Positions 17,859-26,958 of a stretch of DNA of 49,915 nucleotides are shown here, piece after piece. Source of the stretch: Rickettsiales bacterium (GTDB taxonomy: Bacteria; Pseudomonadota; Alphaproteobacteria; Rickettsiales; UBA1997); contig DATIQT010000118.1 of the NCBI GenBank assembly GCA_035470525.1, positions 1 through 49,915 on the forward strand. Reading direction: 5' to 3'. The first letter of the stretch is position 1. Each line of letters opens with the position of its first letter. Position numbers and translations under genes: made by a program. The notes under the pieces were generated by a model, which did not search any database, was not told the origin of the DNA, and saw nothing but the letters and a program-made list of their open reading frames with translations.

Positions 17859-19772
17859 TTATTTTTTTGATTTTAATAATTCATTTAATCTTTTTGCAAA
17901 CTCACCAGCATTAGCTACTGGTTCACCTTCTATAATACAAGCTTCATCAAATAAAATTTTTACTAAATCTTGTAATTCTGTAAATTTTTCTGGGTTTGAT
18001 AAATTTGCATTAATATTTTGAATTATTTCATGCTTTGGATTGATTTCTATAATCTTTTTCATTGAGTATGGTATTTGTTTTTGTTCTAACAAATATCTTT
18101 CTAATCTAATATCCATAGCTTGTTTATCAGCAACCAAACATACTGGACTTGAAGTTAATTTTTTAGATATTTTAACATCCTTAATTTTATCTTTTAATGT
18201 CTCCTTGATGAAAGTGATTAAACCATTAAATTCAGTTTCTGTAATATTTTTTATTTCTTTCTTTTTTTCATCATCAAATTTAATATCTTTTTCTTCTTCT
18301 TTTTCTTCTGGTTCATTGTTTAGGTTATTTAAATCAATATCTTCTCTTGTGATTGATTTGAGTTCTTTTCCTTTATAATAGTGTTGAGTTGTAACCCAAA
18401 AATTATCCACTGTGTCAATTAAATAAAGTACTTCTATATCTTTATCTTTAAAACCTTCTACTTGTGGAGAATTTTCAAGAGTTGCTACACTGTCACCTGT
18501 TATGTAGAATATATTTTCTTGCTTTTCTTTCATTCTATCAATGTATTCTTTTAGAGTAATCATCTTGTCAGGTGATTTGCTTGAATAAAAAATACAAATA
18601 TTCATTATTTCTTCACCAAAAGTACTGCCTTCACATAATCCTTCTTTTATAACAGGTCCAAAATTGTTCCAGAATTCTAAATATTTTTCTGGTTCTTCGT
18701 TCATTTTTTTCTCAAGTTCAGTTAAAATTCTGTGTGTTAAAGATTTTTTAATTTTTTCAATTAAATTATTATATTGTAGGCTTTCTCTATTTATATTTAA
18801 AGGCAAATCTTCGGAATCAACTATACCTCTAACAAATCTCAAAAACGGAGGAAGTAAATCTACTCCACTATCAGTAATAAATACTTTTTTTACATAAAGT
18901 TTAAGTTTTGATTCTCTATCTGTTGGTAAATACAAATCAATAGGTTTTTTATCCGGAATAAAAATTAAATTAATGAACTCAATAACACCTTCGGCTTTGT
19001 TATGTAAAGTCATAAATGGTTCACCAGGCATGTGTGAAACATGTGTATAAAATTCATTATACTGTTCTTTTGTAATTTCGTTTTTTGGTCTTGTCCATAA
19101 AGCTGAAGCTGTATTCATTACTTTGAAATGTCCGTCGTCCATTTGTAATTCAACTGGGATACTAATATGGTCTGAGTATAATTTTATGATATTTCCTAAG
19201 TAAATTTTATCTAAAAATACTTCTTCGTCAGCTTTTAAATGTAAAATTATTCTTGTCCCTCTTGGATAATCTCCTTCCATTTCTTCAACTGTATATTTTC
19301 CTTCACCATCAGAAATCCATTTATTAACTTTCTTTTTTCCTGCTTTCCTTGAAATTACTTCAACTTCATCAGCAATCATAAAGGCAGAATAAAATCCAAC
19401 ACCAAATTGTCCGATTAATTGAATATCTTTAGTACTGTTCTCATTTAATGTTTTTAAAAAAGCTTCTGTTCCAGATCTTGCAATAGTTCCAAGTTGAGAA
19501 ATTAATTCAGCTCTTTCCATACCTATACCATTATCAATAATTGAAAGAGTTTTTTTATCTTTATCTATTTCTATTTTAACTTTTAATTCTTTATCTTCTT
19601 CTAATAATTTATCATCTTGAGTTGCTTTATATCTTAATTTATCACAAGCATCAGAAGCGTTTGAAATTAATTCTCTAATTGCTACATCTTTATTTGTGTA
19701 TAAAGAATGTATCATTAATTTAAGCATTTTTTTGCTTTCAACACCAAATTCAAATTTTTCTTTTTCGGACAT
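17859..19772 (-). CDS. htpG: Molecular chaperone HtpG (Hsp90)
   Basis: N-terminal GHKL ATPase motifs ELISNASDA and GQFGVGFYS. The start is set at Met19 of the ORF-track product (MSEKEKFEF...). The extension upstream is hydrophobic nonsense and contains the putative promoter. Confidence 0.95.
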   Translation of the reverse strand: MSEKEKFEFGVESKKMLKLMIHSLYTNKDVAIRELISNASDACDKLRYKATQDDKLLEEDKELKVKIEIDKDKKTLSIIDNGIGMERAELISQLGTIARSGTEAFLKTLNENSTKDIQLIGQFGVGFYSAFMIADEVEVISRKAGKKKVNKWISDGEGKYTVEEMEGDYPRGTRIILHLKADEEVFLDKIYLGNIIKLYSDHISIPVELQMDDGHFKVMNTASALWTRPKNEITKEQYNEFYTHVSHMPGEPFMTLHNKAEGVIEFINLIFIPDKKPIDLYLPTDRESKLKLYVKKVFITDSGVDLLPPFLRFVRGIVDSEDLPLNINRESLQYNNLIEKIKKSLTHRILTELEKKMNEEPEKYLEFWNNFGPVIKEGLCEGSTFGEEIMNICIFYSSKSPDKMITLKEYIDRMKEKQENIFYITGDSVATLENSPQVEGFKDKDIEVLYLIDTVDNFWVTTQHYYKGKELKSITREDIDLNNLNNEPEEKEEEKDIKFDDEKKKEIKNITETEFNGLITFIKETLKDKIKDVKISKKLTSSPVCLVADKQAMDIRLERYLLEQKQIPYSMKKIIEINPKHEIIQNINANLSNPEKFTELQDLVKILFDEACIIEGEPVANAGEFAKRLNELLKSKK

Positions 19773-19799
19773 ATATATAAATTTTATTAGATAGTAAGT

Positions 19800-19827
19800 A
19801 TATAAGTATTCTTTGCTAGATTTCAAG
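19800..19827 (-). promoter_or_regulatory. Sigma-32-like heat-shock promoter of htpG
   Basis: The minus strand reads CTTGAAA-N13-ACTTATAT. This also fits the alpha-proteobacterial CTTG-N17-CYTATNT form. The -10 element ends 27 nt before the ATG at 19772. Confidence 0.5.
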
Positions 19828-19990
19828 AGATTAACAATTTTAAATAATTGAATATAAATAGTTCTTGATAAAAATTTTTATATTATATTACAACACTATA
19901 ATATTTATATTATCATTATCTATAAATGTTTTAATAAAAAAGATAATACTAATGAACATAAATTTATAGATGAATTTTTTTTGTTGCATA

Positions 19991-20023
19991 ATTAAGTTTA
20001 ATAATATTATTATTAAACTTAAT
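19991..20023. repeat. Perfect 33-nt palindrome (16-bp arms, 1-nt centre) upstream of the lipase-like gene
   Basis: attaagtttaataata-t-tattattaaacttaat, read directly. It ends 23 nt before the ATG at 20047. Confidence 0.9.
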
Positions 20024-20046
20024 GGTTGTAAAATAGATAAATTAAT

Positions 20047-21075
20047 ATGTCAGAAAAAAATTCAGATTTAGGTAAGTTTATTGATAGTGCTTTTTTAAGT
20101 AAAACTGTTTATCGCAAAGATTTAAAACAAGGTTTAAAAGTTAGTGATAAATGGAGTGTTACTGCAACATCGAAAGAGTTATTATCTCGTGATAAGACTG
20201 GGTATTTTGGTGCTATTTTTCAAGATAATGAAGGTAATAAAATTATTGCCTCTAGAGGAACAGATATAAAAGATAAACACGATATAAAAGCTGATCTTCA
20301 AATTGGATTAAATATATTACCAACCCAATTAGATTCAGCTATAAATTTCATTGAAGAAGCAACTTCATTAAATAAAATTTCTAATACAACGAATATATTA
20401 GAAATAGGTCATTCATTAGGTGGTGCTTTGGCTGAATTTCTTTCGATAAAATATAATTCAAGAGCCGATGCCTTTAATGCTCCTGGTATAAAAGCATTAA
20501 TTAACAATTTTGAAAAAAAATTTAATGTTGAAGTTGATATAGGTAATTTAAAAAATACTATTAGTAATATAAATAGTACTGAAGATATTGTTTCAAAGTT
20601 TGGAACTCAAGTTGGAACAATTTATGAGCTTGAATATTCAAATATTACAGAAATATCTTTACTTTTTTCTTTACTAAAAAATGGTGTTGGTGTTATTTCA
20701 ATTGGTATTGGTTTATATGCTTTATATCAAGAACATAGTATAGATAATCAATATGATACAATTCTTAAAATTTATAATCTTAATAAAGATGTTTCGCTTA
20801 ATTCTATTGAAACTTCTAAAATTGCTATGAATGTTTTGGATATTTTAAATCCAAGAGTTTATTTAACTACAGCTGGTCAAACACTTTCTGAAGTTGCTAT
20901 GGATTTTAATATTCCTGTTGATAAAATATTAAAATTAAATTCAAATTTAAATTTAAGACAAACTTTATTCGAAGGTACTAAAATAAATCTTCCCAATGAT
21001 AATTATTCATTTAATAATGTAATTATTAATCAAAATAATATGGAAACAAAAATAAGTTTAACTGATAAATTATAG
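20047..21075 (+). CDS. Class-3 lipase-like serine hydrolase fused to a C-terminal LysM domain
   Basis: GYFGAIF....IIASRGT followed by the nucleophile elbow GHSLGGALAE. Candidate Asp (STEDIV) and His (QEHSI). The C-terminal YLTTAGQTLSEVAMDFNIPVDKILKLNSNL....LFEGTKINLP fits LysM. No signal peptide is seen. Confidence 0.65.
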   Translation: MSEKNSDLGKFIDSAFLSKTVYRKDLKQGLKVSDKWSVTATSKELLSRDKTGYFGAIFQDNEGNKIIASRGTDIKDKHDIKADLQIGLNILPTQLDSAINFIEEATSLNKISNTTNILEIGHSLGGALAEFLSIKYNSRADAFNAPGIKALINNFEKKFNVEVDIGNLKNTISNINSTEDIVSKFGTQVGTIYELEYSNITEISLLFSLLKNGVGVISIGIGLYALYQEHSIDNQYDTILKIYNLNKDVSLNSIETSKIAMNVLDILNPRVYLTTAGQTLSEVAMDFNIPVDKILKLNSNLNLRQTLFEGTKINLPNDNYSFNNVIINQNNMETKISLTDKL

Positions 21076-21318
21076 ATATATTTTAATTTCTAGGTTTTGC
21101 AATTAAATATTTTTTGAATTTAAATTCGCTGGAGTCTTGTTTTGTTAATAAAATATGTTTATTTGCAATTATTTGTTCTTCTATATTGAAAATTAAATTA
21201 TCATTGACAAATTAAGTTTTAAATTTGTTATTATTTATGGTTCAATATTTACTTTACATTTTAAAAATATTTAATATATTTAAAATATGAAATGGGAGTT
21301 GAATATTGGGAATAATTT

Positions 21319-22491
21319 ATGAAAAATTACTATACTTTATTTTTAGGATTGGTATTTGTGAGTTGTACTCAAAATGCTGTTGAGGTTGTTAATAAAGAAA
21401 ATATGGTTTTTAAACCAAATTATAGTGAAACTTATGTTGAAAGTCCTGATGGTAAAATAGCTAGAAGTTTGAGGGGCAGGAATGATAGTGATAAAGCACA
21501 GGAAATTAGTATTATAAACAAACAAGACAGTGATTATGGTTTTTATGTTGTAAAATCTGGTGATAATCTGTCATCTATAGCGAGTAAATATAATACTAGT
21601 ACGGAAGAAATTGCTGAATTAAATGGTTTGAAAAAACCATATCCAATAAGAGTAGGACAAAAATTAAAAATTTCTGGTTTATCTAATAAAAATGAAACTA
21701 CTAAAGAATCGCTTGCTGAAGATGGTGTTTATATTGTAAAGTCTGGTGATAATTTGTTATCTATAGCAAAAAAGTATGACACAAGTATAGAGGAACTCGC
21801 CAAGTTGAATGATTTGGAAAAACCATATCCAGTGAGAATTGGACAAAAGTTAAAAGTTTCAAAGATAGAAATGACTACAAAAAATAAACAAAGTGGAACT
21901 TATGTAGTTAAGGCAGGTGATAATTTATCTTCTATAGCTAGTAAAAATGATATGACTTTAGCTGAAATTATTGATTTAAATGATCTGAAGAATCCATATT
22001 CGATAAGAGTTGGACAAAAGTTAAAAATTTCAAAAAATGTTGTGGTAGTTAAAGATTCAAATAATAATACTAAAAAAATTATTGAAAGAAAAGAAACAAA
22101 ATTAAATAGTGATGATTCTTTTATGTGGCCGATACAAGGTAATATTTTATCAGGTTTTGGTAATAAGGGTAATGGTTTATATAACGATGGTATAAATATT
22201 GGTTCATCAAGTGGTTCCGAGTTTAGAGCTACTAAAGATGGTGTTGTTGCTTATGTTGGTAACGAATTAAGAGGTTATGGAACGATTATTTTGATTAAAC
22301 ACGATTCAAATTGGATTTCTGCTTATGCTCATTGTGGTAGTGTAAAAGTTGCTAGAGGGGATAGGGTAAAAAAAGGTCAAGTGATTGGAACTGTGGGACA
22401 AACTGGAAATGTTGATAAACCTCAATTATATTTTAGTTTGAGAAACGGAAGAGAAGCTGTTGATCCATTAAAATATCTAAAGAATAGTTAA
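21319..22491 (+). CDS. nlpD: NlpD-like lipoprotein with three LysM repeats and a C-terminal degenerate LytM (M23) domain
   Basis: Lipobox LVFVSC. Three repeats of Y.VK.GDNL.SIA.KY....E.A.LN.L..PY.I.VGQKLK.S. The M23-like C-terminus lacks the metal ligands: NDGINIG replaces HxGxD and PQLYFSLR replaces PHLHFE. Confidence 0.85.
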   Translation: MKNYYTLFLGLVFVSCTQNAVEVVNKENMVFKPNYSETYVESPDGKIARSLRGRNDSDKAQEISIINKQDSDYGFYVVKSGDNLSSIASKYNTSTEEIAELNGLKKPYPIRVGQKLKISGLSNKNETTKESLAEDGVYIVKSGDNLLSIAKKYDTSIEELAKLNDLEKPYPVRIGQKLKVSKIEMTTKNKQSGTYVVKAGDNLSSIASKNDMTLAEIIDLNDLKNPYSIRVGQKLKISKNVVVVKDSNNNTKKIIERKETKLNSDDSFMWPIQGNILSGFGNKGNGLYNDGINIGSSSGSEFRATKDGVVAYVGNELRGYGTIILIKHDSNWISAYAHCGSVKVARGDRVKKGQVIGTVGQTGNVDKPQLYFSLRNGREAVDPLKYLKNS

Positions 22492-22526
22492 TTGGACTTC
22501 CTATAAATAAAGTTTAAGAAATTTTA

Positions 22527-23774
22527 ATGATTGATAATAAATTATTTGCAGGGATTCAAATGCGAATTGAAATTGTTGGAATTAATACAGAAGGAGATGG
22601 TTTTGGATTTTTAAATAATAAGAAAGTATTTATATCCAAGACTTATACTGGTGATGTTGTTGATTTTAATATTCAAAGAGAAACTAAAGATTATATTTTT
22701 GGTAAATTGCTGTCAATTGTAAAGCCATCGAAAGATAGAGTAGAAAGTAAGTGTCCTTATTTTGATAAATGTGGTGGTTGTTGTTTTTTGGGTTTGTCAG
22801 AGGATAAATATTATGAATATAAAAAAAATATTCTTAAGAATTTAGGTTTTGATTTATCGGATTTTATAAAAGTTGGTTTAAATTCAAGAAGAAGATCTGT
22901 TTTCAAAGTAAAAAATAATAAGTTGGGATTTTTTGAGAAGGATACTAATAATCTTGTTGAGATAGATAATTGTATTCTATTAGAACGCTCTATAAATAAT
23001 ATTATTTCAAAATTAAAAGATTTAATTAAAAAAATTCCAGTTTCAGAAATATCTGTAACTAATTATGAAAATGGTTTAGATGTTTTATTTACATTAAATA
23101 AAGAATTGGATTTAAATCAAAATAAAATTCTAACTGATTTTGCTAAAAATGAGGGTGTTATATCTGTTAGTTATAAAATGGATAATAGTAGTCCGTTTTT
23201 ATTTTTACAGAAAGAAAAGCCAACTCTAACATTTGATAATGGTATTAAAATTGAATTAAAATCTAATATATTTTTACAAGCTACTAGGGAAGGGCAAAAG
23301 GCTATAACTGAAATTGTTGTTGATACTTTAAAAAATTGTAAAAATGTTTTAGATTTATATTGTGGTATTGGAACTTATACTTTTCCTCTATCTTCTTTTA
23401 CGAAAGTTCATGCTATAGAAGGTAGTCAAGATATGATTGATATTTTAAATCAAAATATAAAAATTAATAAGCTTTCAAATAAAATTAGTACTGAATGTAA
23501 AAATTTAGTTCAAAGTCCATTGCTACATTGGGAATTAAATAAGTTTGATGGTATAGTTATTAATCCGCCTAGAAATGGTGCTAAATCTCAATGTCAAAAT
23601 ATAGTTAAATCTAATATTAAGAAGGTAATTATGGTTTCTTGTAATCCTCAGACTTTTAAAATTGATAGTGGGATTTTATTAGAGGGTGGTTATGACCTTT
23701 TAAATGTAATTGCCATTGATCAGTTCTTTGAAAATCAACACTTGGAAACGGTTGGAATTTTTGAAAAAAAATAA
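22527..23774 (+). CDS. 23S rRNA (uracil-5-)-methyltransferase, RumA/RlmD family
   Basis: TRAM-like N-terminus. Fe-S cysteine cluster CPYFDKCGGCC. SAM motif VLDLYCGIGTYTF. NPPRNG motif. Catalytic MVSCNPQTF. The real start may be Met12 at 22560. Confidence 0.8.
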   Translation: MIDNKLFAGIQMRIEIVGINTEGDGFGFLNNKKVFISKTYTGDVVDFNIQRETKDYIFGKLLSIVKPSKDRVESKCPYFDKCGGCCFLGLSEDKYYEYKKNILKNLGFDLSDFIKVGLNSRRRSVFKVKNNKLGFFEKDTNNLVEIDNCILLERSINNIISKLKDLIKKIPVSEISVTNYENGLDVLFTLNKELDLNQNKILTDFAKNEGVISVSYKMDNSSPFLFLQKEKPTLTFDNGIKIELKSNIFLQATREGQKAITEIVVDTLKNCKNVLDLYCGIGTYTFPLSSFTKVHAIEGSQDMIDILNQNIKINKLSNKISTECKNLVQSPLLHWELNKFDGIVINPPRNGAKSQCQNIVKSNIKKVIMVSCNPQTFKIDSGILLEGGYDLLNVIAIDQFFENQHLETVGIFEKK

Positions 23775-23982
23775 TTTTTTTTGCTTGACATATTTTTGTT
23801 TTAGAAAATTTTAATATCATTTTTTGTCAAGAAGATTTTTTTATTTTTTTAAAAATAATATACTTTACTTATAAAAATATTGCTAAATAATTAGAAGTGG
23901 AGAATTCAAATAAATATAGGGAAATAAGGTCTCACTACAATTTAGTAGTGTTAATATTATTATAATAATTTTTTAAATTTAA

Positions 23983-25371
23983 ATGCAAGAATTAGAGCAA
24001 AATAATATTTGGGTAAATGTAAAAAGACTTTTTCAAAATGAATTTGAAATAGAAGTCTATAATTCTTGGTTGTCAAATTTAAACTTTGTTTCTTTTAATG
24101 GCTTTGAACTTACTATGTCTGTTGAAACTATGTTTATTAAAGAATGGATTAGTAAGGAATTTTTAGATGGAAGAAAGAAGAAAGTCAATGGCGAGATTAT
24201 TTGGTTAAAAAAGGGTATTAAACAATTATTATTGGAACAATTAAATATTAAAAAAGTAGAGATAATAGTTGATAAAAATGTAAAATCAGAAGCTAAAATT
24301 TATAATAATAATGTAGCGAATTTATCAGAACATGATAATATTTTTACAATTGGAACTCAATTAAATCCTTTATATACTTTTGAAAATTACGTAGTCGGTA
24401 ATTCTAACAAGCTTGCATGTTCTATTGCGCATTCTATTATAAATGAAGAGAATTTGGGTTTTAGTGTAAATCCATTTTTTATATATGGAAATGTTGGTTT
24501 GGGAAAAACTCATTTGATGCAAGCTATGGCTTGGGAATTTAAAAATAAATGTAAAAGTAAGAATGTAGTTTATTTGTCAGCTGAAAAGTTTATGTATTTG
24601 TTTGTACAATCATTGCAAAATAAAAATATAAATGAATTTAAAGAACAATTTAGAAATATTGATATTTTGTTGATTGATGATATACAATTTATCGCTGGTA
24701 AAGAAGGAACACAAAAAGAATTTTTTTATACATTTAATACATTATTGAGTGATAATAAAAAAATTATTATGGCTTGTGACAAAGCTCCAGAAAATATGGA
24801 AAATATTGATAATCAATTAAAATCTAGAATGTCAGGTGGTATAGTTGTTGATATTTTGGCACCAGATTATGAAATGAGATTAGAATTAGCAAAGAAGAAA
24901 GCTGAGATTTTGGGCTTAAGTTGTGATAATGAAATATTTGAATATATAGCTCAAAATGTTACATCTACAAACAGAGATATAGAAGGTATAATTAAGAAAC
25001 TTTTAGTTCATCAAAAGTTTGTAAATCAAAATATAACTTTAGATGTTGTAAAGAATATATTAAAAGATATTATTTCTGCAAATAATAAAGTAATCACAAT
25101 ACAAAAAATCCAACAAAAAGTTGTTGATTTCTATAAGATTACGAATTTGGAATTATTATCAGATAAAAGAGATAGAAAATTTTCATTACCAAGACAAGTA
25201 GCTTTTTATTTATCAAAAAAGATTACTAAAAAGAGTTTTCCAGAAATTGGAAGAGAGTTTGGAAATAAAAATCATGCAACAGTTATTTTTGCATTTAATA
25301 AAATTGAAAAAGAATTAGAATTAAATTCTGAGCTTGCTGAAGCTATTAATAAAATTGAAAAATCATTATAA
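23983..25371 (+). CDS. dnaA: Chromosomal replication initiator protein DnaA
   Basis: 462 aa. Walker A GNVGLGKTHL. Walker B LLIDDIQF. C-terminal DNA-binding region ...RQVAFYLSKK.T..S.PEIGREFG.KNHATV. Confidence 0.95.
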   Translation: MQELEQNNIWVNVKRLFQNEFEIEVYNSWLSNLNFVSFNGFELTMSVETMFIKEWISKEFLDGRKKKVNGEIIWLKKGIKQLLLEQLNIKKVEIIVDKNVKSEAKIYNNNVANLSEHDNIFTIGTQLNPLYTFENYVVGNSNKLACSIAHSIINEENLGFSVNPFFIYGNVGLGKTHLMQAMAWEFKNKCKSKNVVYLSAEKFMYLFVQSLQNKNINEFKEQFRNIDILLIDDIQFIAGKEGTQKEFFYTFNTLLSDNKKIIMACDKAPENMENIDNQLKSRMSGGIVVDILAPDYEMRLELAKKKAEILGLSCDNEIFEYIAQNVTSTNRDIEGIIKKLLVHQKFVNQNITLDVVKNILKDIISANNKVITIQKIQQKVVDFYKITNLELLSDKRDRKFSLPRQVAFYLSKKITKKSFPEIGREFGNKNHATVIFAFNKIEKELELNSELAEAINKIEKSL

Positions 25372-25557
25372 AATAAAAATTTCTTTTAATGTTTTTATTT
25401 AAAAAACTATTGAAAAATAATTTTTATATTCTATTCATATAATTATAGTTATAATTGCAATTGCAATTGTAGGTTAATACCATAAGAGATTTAATATAAA
25501 TATATAAAAGTCATAATACAGTTATAATTATAATATTAATAATTTTGTGAGTTAAAG

Positions 25558-26958
25558 ATGATTAAAAAATTCCTTGCGAAAGATGAAAATAAGAAAATTA
25601 AGAAGGCAGAAGATAAATATGATTTAAAATCTAGAAAAGGTTATTTTGATGAAAAAGAAATAACAATTTTAGATAATTTTTCTATAAAAGAAGGTGTTTT
25701 GGTATTTTATTATACTAAATCGCCTTTTTCTTTAGGCGTTGGGCTTTTTGATAAAAAAAAGAAAGAACTTTTATATAGAACAGCTAGTCCTATTTTTACA
25801 AACAAAACAACAATTAAAGATATACAAATTAAACTTAATAAAGAAAAGACTGAAATTGTAATGTCTTTTAGTAAAAATGGTAAAACACAAAAAGAAAAAT
25901 TTTCTATAGATTATATATTAGGAAAGGAAGTAAAAGAGAAAAAGAAAACCACTGTAAAATCTATAATAAGAAAGTCTGAATGTAATCCAATTATTAAACC
26001 TAAACCAGAACATAATTGGGAGTCTTGTGGAACATTTAATGCAACTGTAATTGATATTAATAATAAAGTTCATATTTTATATAGAGCTGTTGGAGATAGT
26101 GGCAGTTCTGTTATAGGATACGCAACAAGTAGAGATGGAATAAATATTGATGAAAGATTGCCTTATCCTGTTTATGTGTCAACTGGAGATTTTGAGGTAA
26201 GAGTAAATGAAACTGGCGAACCTGTATTTAATTACACTTCTGGTGGAACATCTAGTTGTTGGGGTGGTTGTGAAGATCCAAGAATTGTAAGAATAGATGA
26301 TATAATTTATATGATTTATACAGCATTTAATGGTTTATATCCACCATGTGTTGCTTTAACTTCAATATCAGTTGCTGATTTTTTACAAAGAAATTGGAAA
26401 ATGTGGAAAAAACCTATTTTAGTTTCGCCTAAAAACCAAATGAATAAGAATTGGGTGCTTTTCCCTGAAAAAATAAATGGTAAATATGCTATTTTGCATA
26501 GTATTACTCCAAAAATTCAAATTGAATATGTTGATAGTTTAGATTTTAAGAAAAATCCAAATATTAAAAGTACATATATTCCGGTAAAAAATAAAGGTGT
26601 GTGGGATAGTGTAATTAGAGGTGTTGGACCTACACCAATTAAAATAAAAGAAGGCTGGCTTGTATTTTATCATGCAATAAGTGAAAAAGAGCCTAGCAAA
26701 TACAAAATTGGAGCGATGATTCTTGATAAAAAAGATCCAACACAAATTTTATATAAATCAACTTTTCCAATAATAGAACCTGACAAAATATATGAAAATG
26801 AAGGATATAAAGCAGGAATAGTTTATTCATGTGGTGCAATTGTAAAAGATGATAATATTATTCTTTACTATGGTGGTGCCGATACCGTTGTATGTGTTGC
26901 TAGTTGCGATTTAAGAAATTTTATAGAACAAATCAAATCAAACAATGTTAAAATTTAA
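25558..26958 (+). CDS. GH130-family glycoside phosphorylase/hydrolase with a ~150-aa N-terminal extension of unknown fold
   Basis: Residues ~150-466 carry the GH130 (former DUF377) pattern: NPII.P...WE....FNA.....NK.H.LYRAVG....IGYA.S.DGI........PV, GCEDPRI.RI.D.IYM.YTAFNG, LFPEKINGKY, EGWLV.YHA......YK.GA..LD..DPT, YYGGADT...VA. Confidence 0.8.
   Translation: MIKKFLAKDENKKIKKAEDKYDLKSRKGYFDEKEITILDNFSIKEGVLVFYYTKSPFSLGVGLFDKKKKELLYRTASPIFTNKTTIKDIQIKLNKEKTEIVMSFSKNGKTQKEKFSIDYILGKEVKEKKKTTVKSIIRKSECNPIIKPKPEHNWESCGTFNATVIDINNKVHILYRAVGDSGSSVIGYATSRDGINIDERLPYPVYVSTGDFEVRVNETGEPVFNYTSGGTSSCWGGCEDPRIVRIDDIIYMIYTAFNGLYPPCVALTSISVADFLQRNWKMWKKPILVSPKNQMNKNWVLFPEKINGKYAILHSITPKIQIEYVDSLDFKKNPNIKSTYIPVKNKGVWDSVIRGVGPTPIKIKEGWLVFYHAISEKEPSKYKIGAMILDKKDPTQILYKSTFPIIEPDKIYENEGYKAGIVYSCGAIVKDDNIILYYGGADTVVCVASCDLRNFIEQIKSNNVKI

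Noticed and set aside
23775-25557. Replication origin next to dnaA.
   Set aside because: I scanned both dnaA flanks by eye for TTATCCACA-like boxes. I found only one weak 7-of-9 match (agtggagaa, about 23897) and no cluster. Alpha-proteobacterial origins are often not next to dnaA. GC-skew analysis over the whole genome would be needed.
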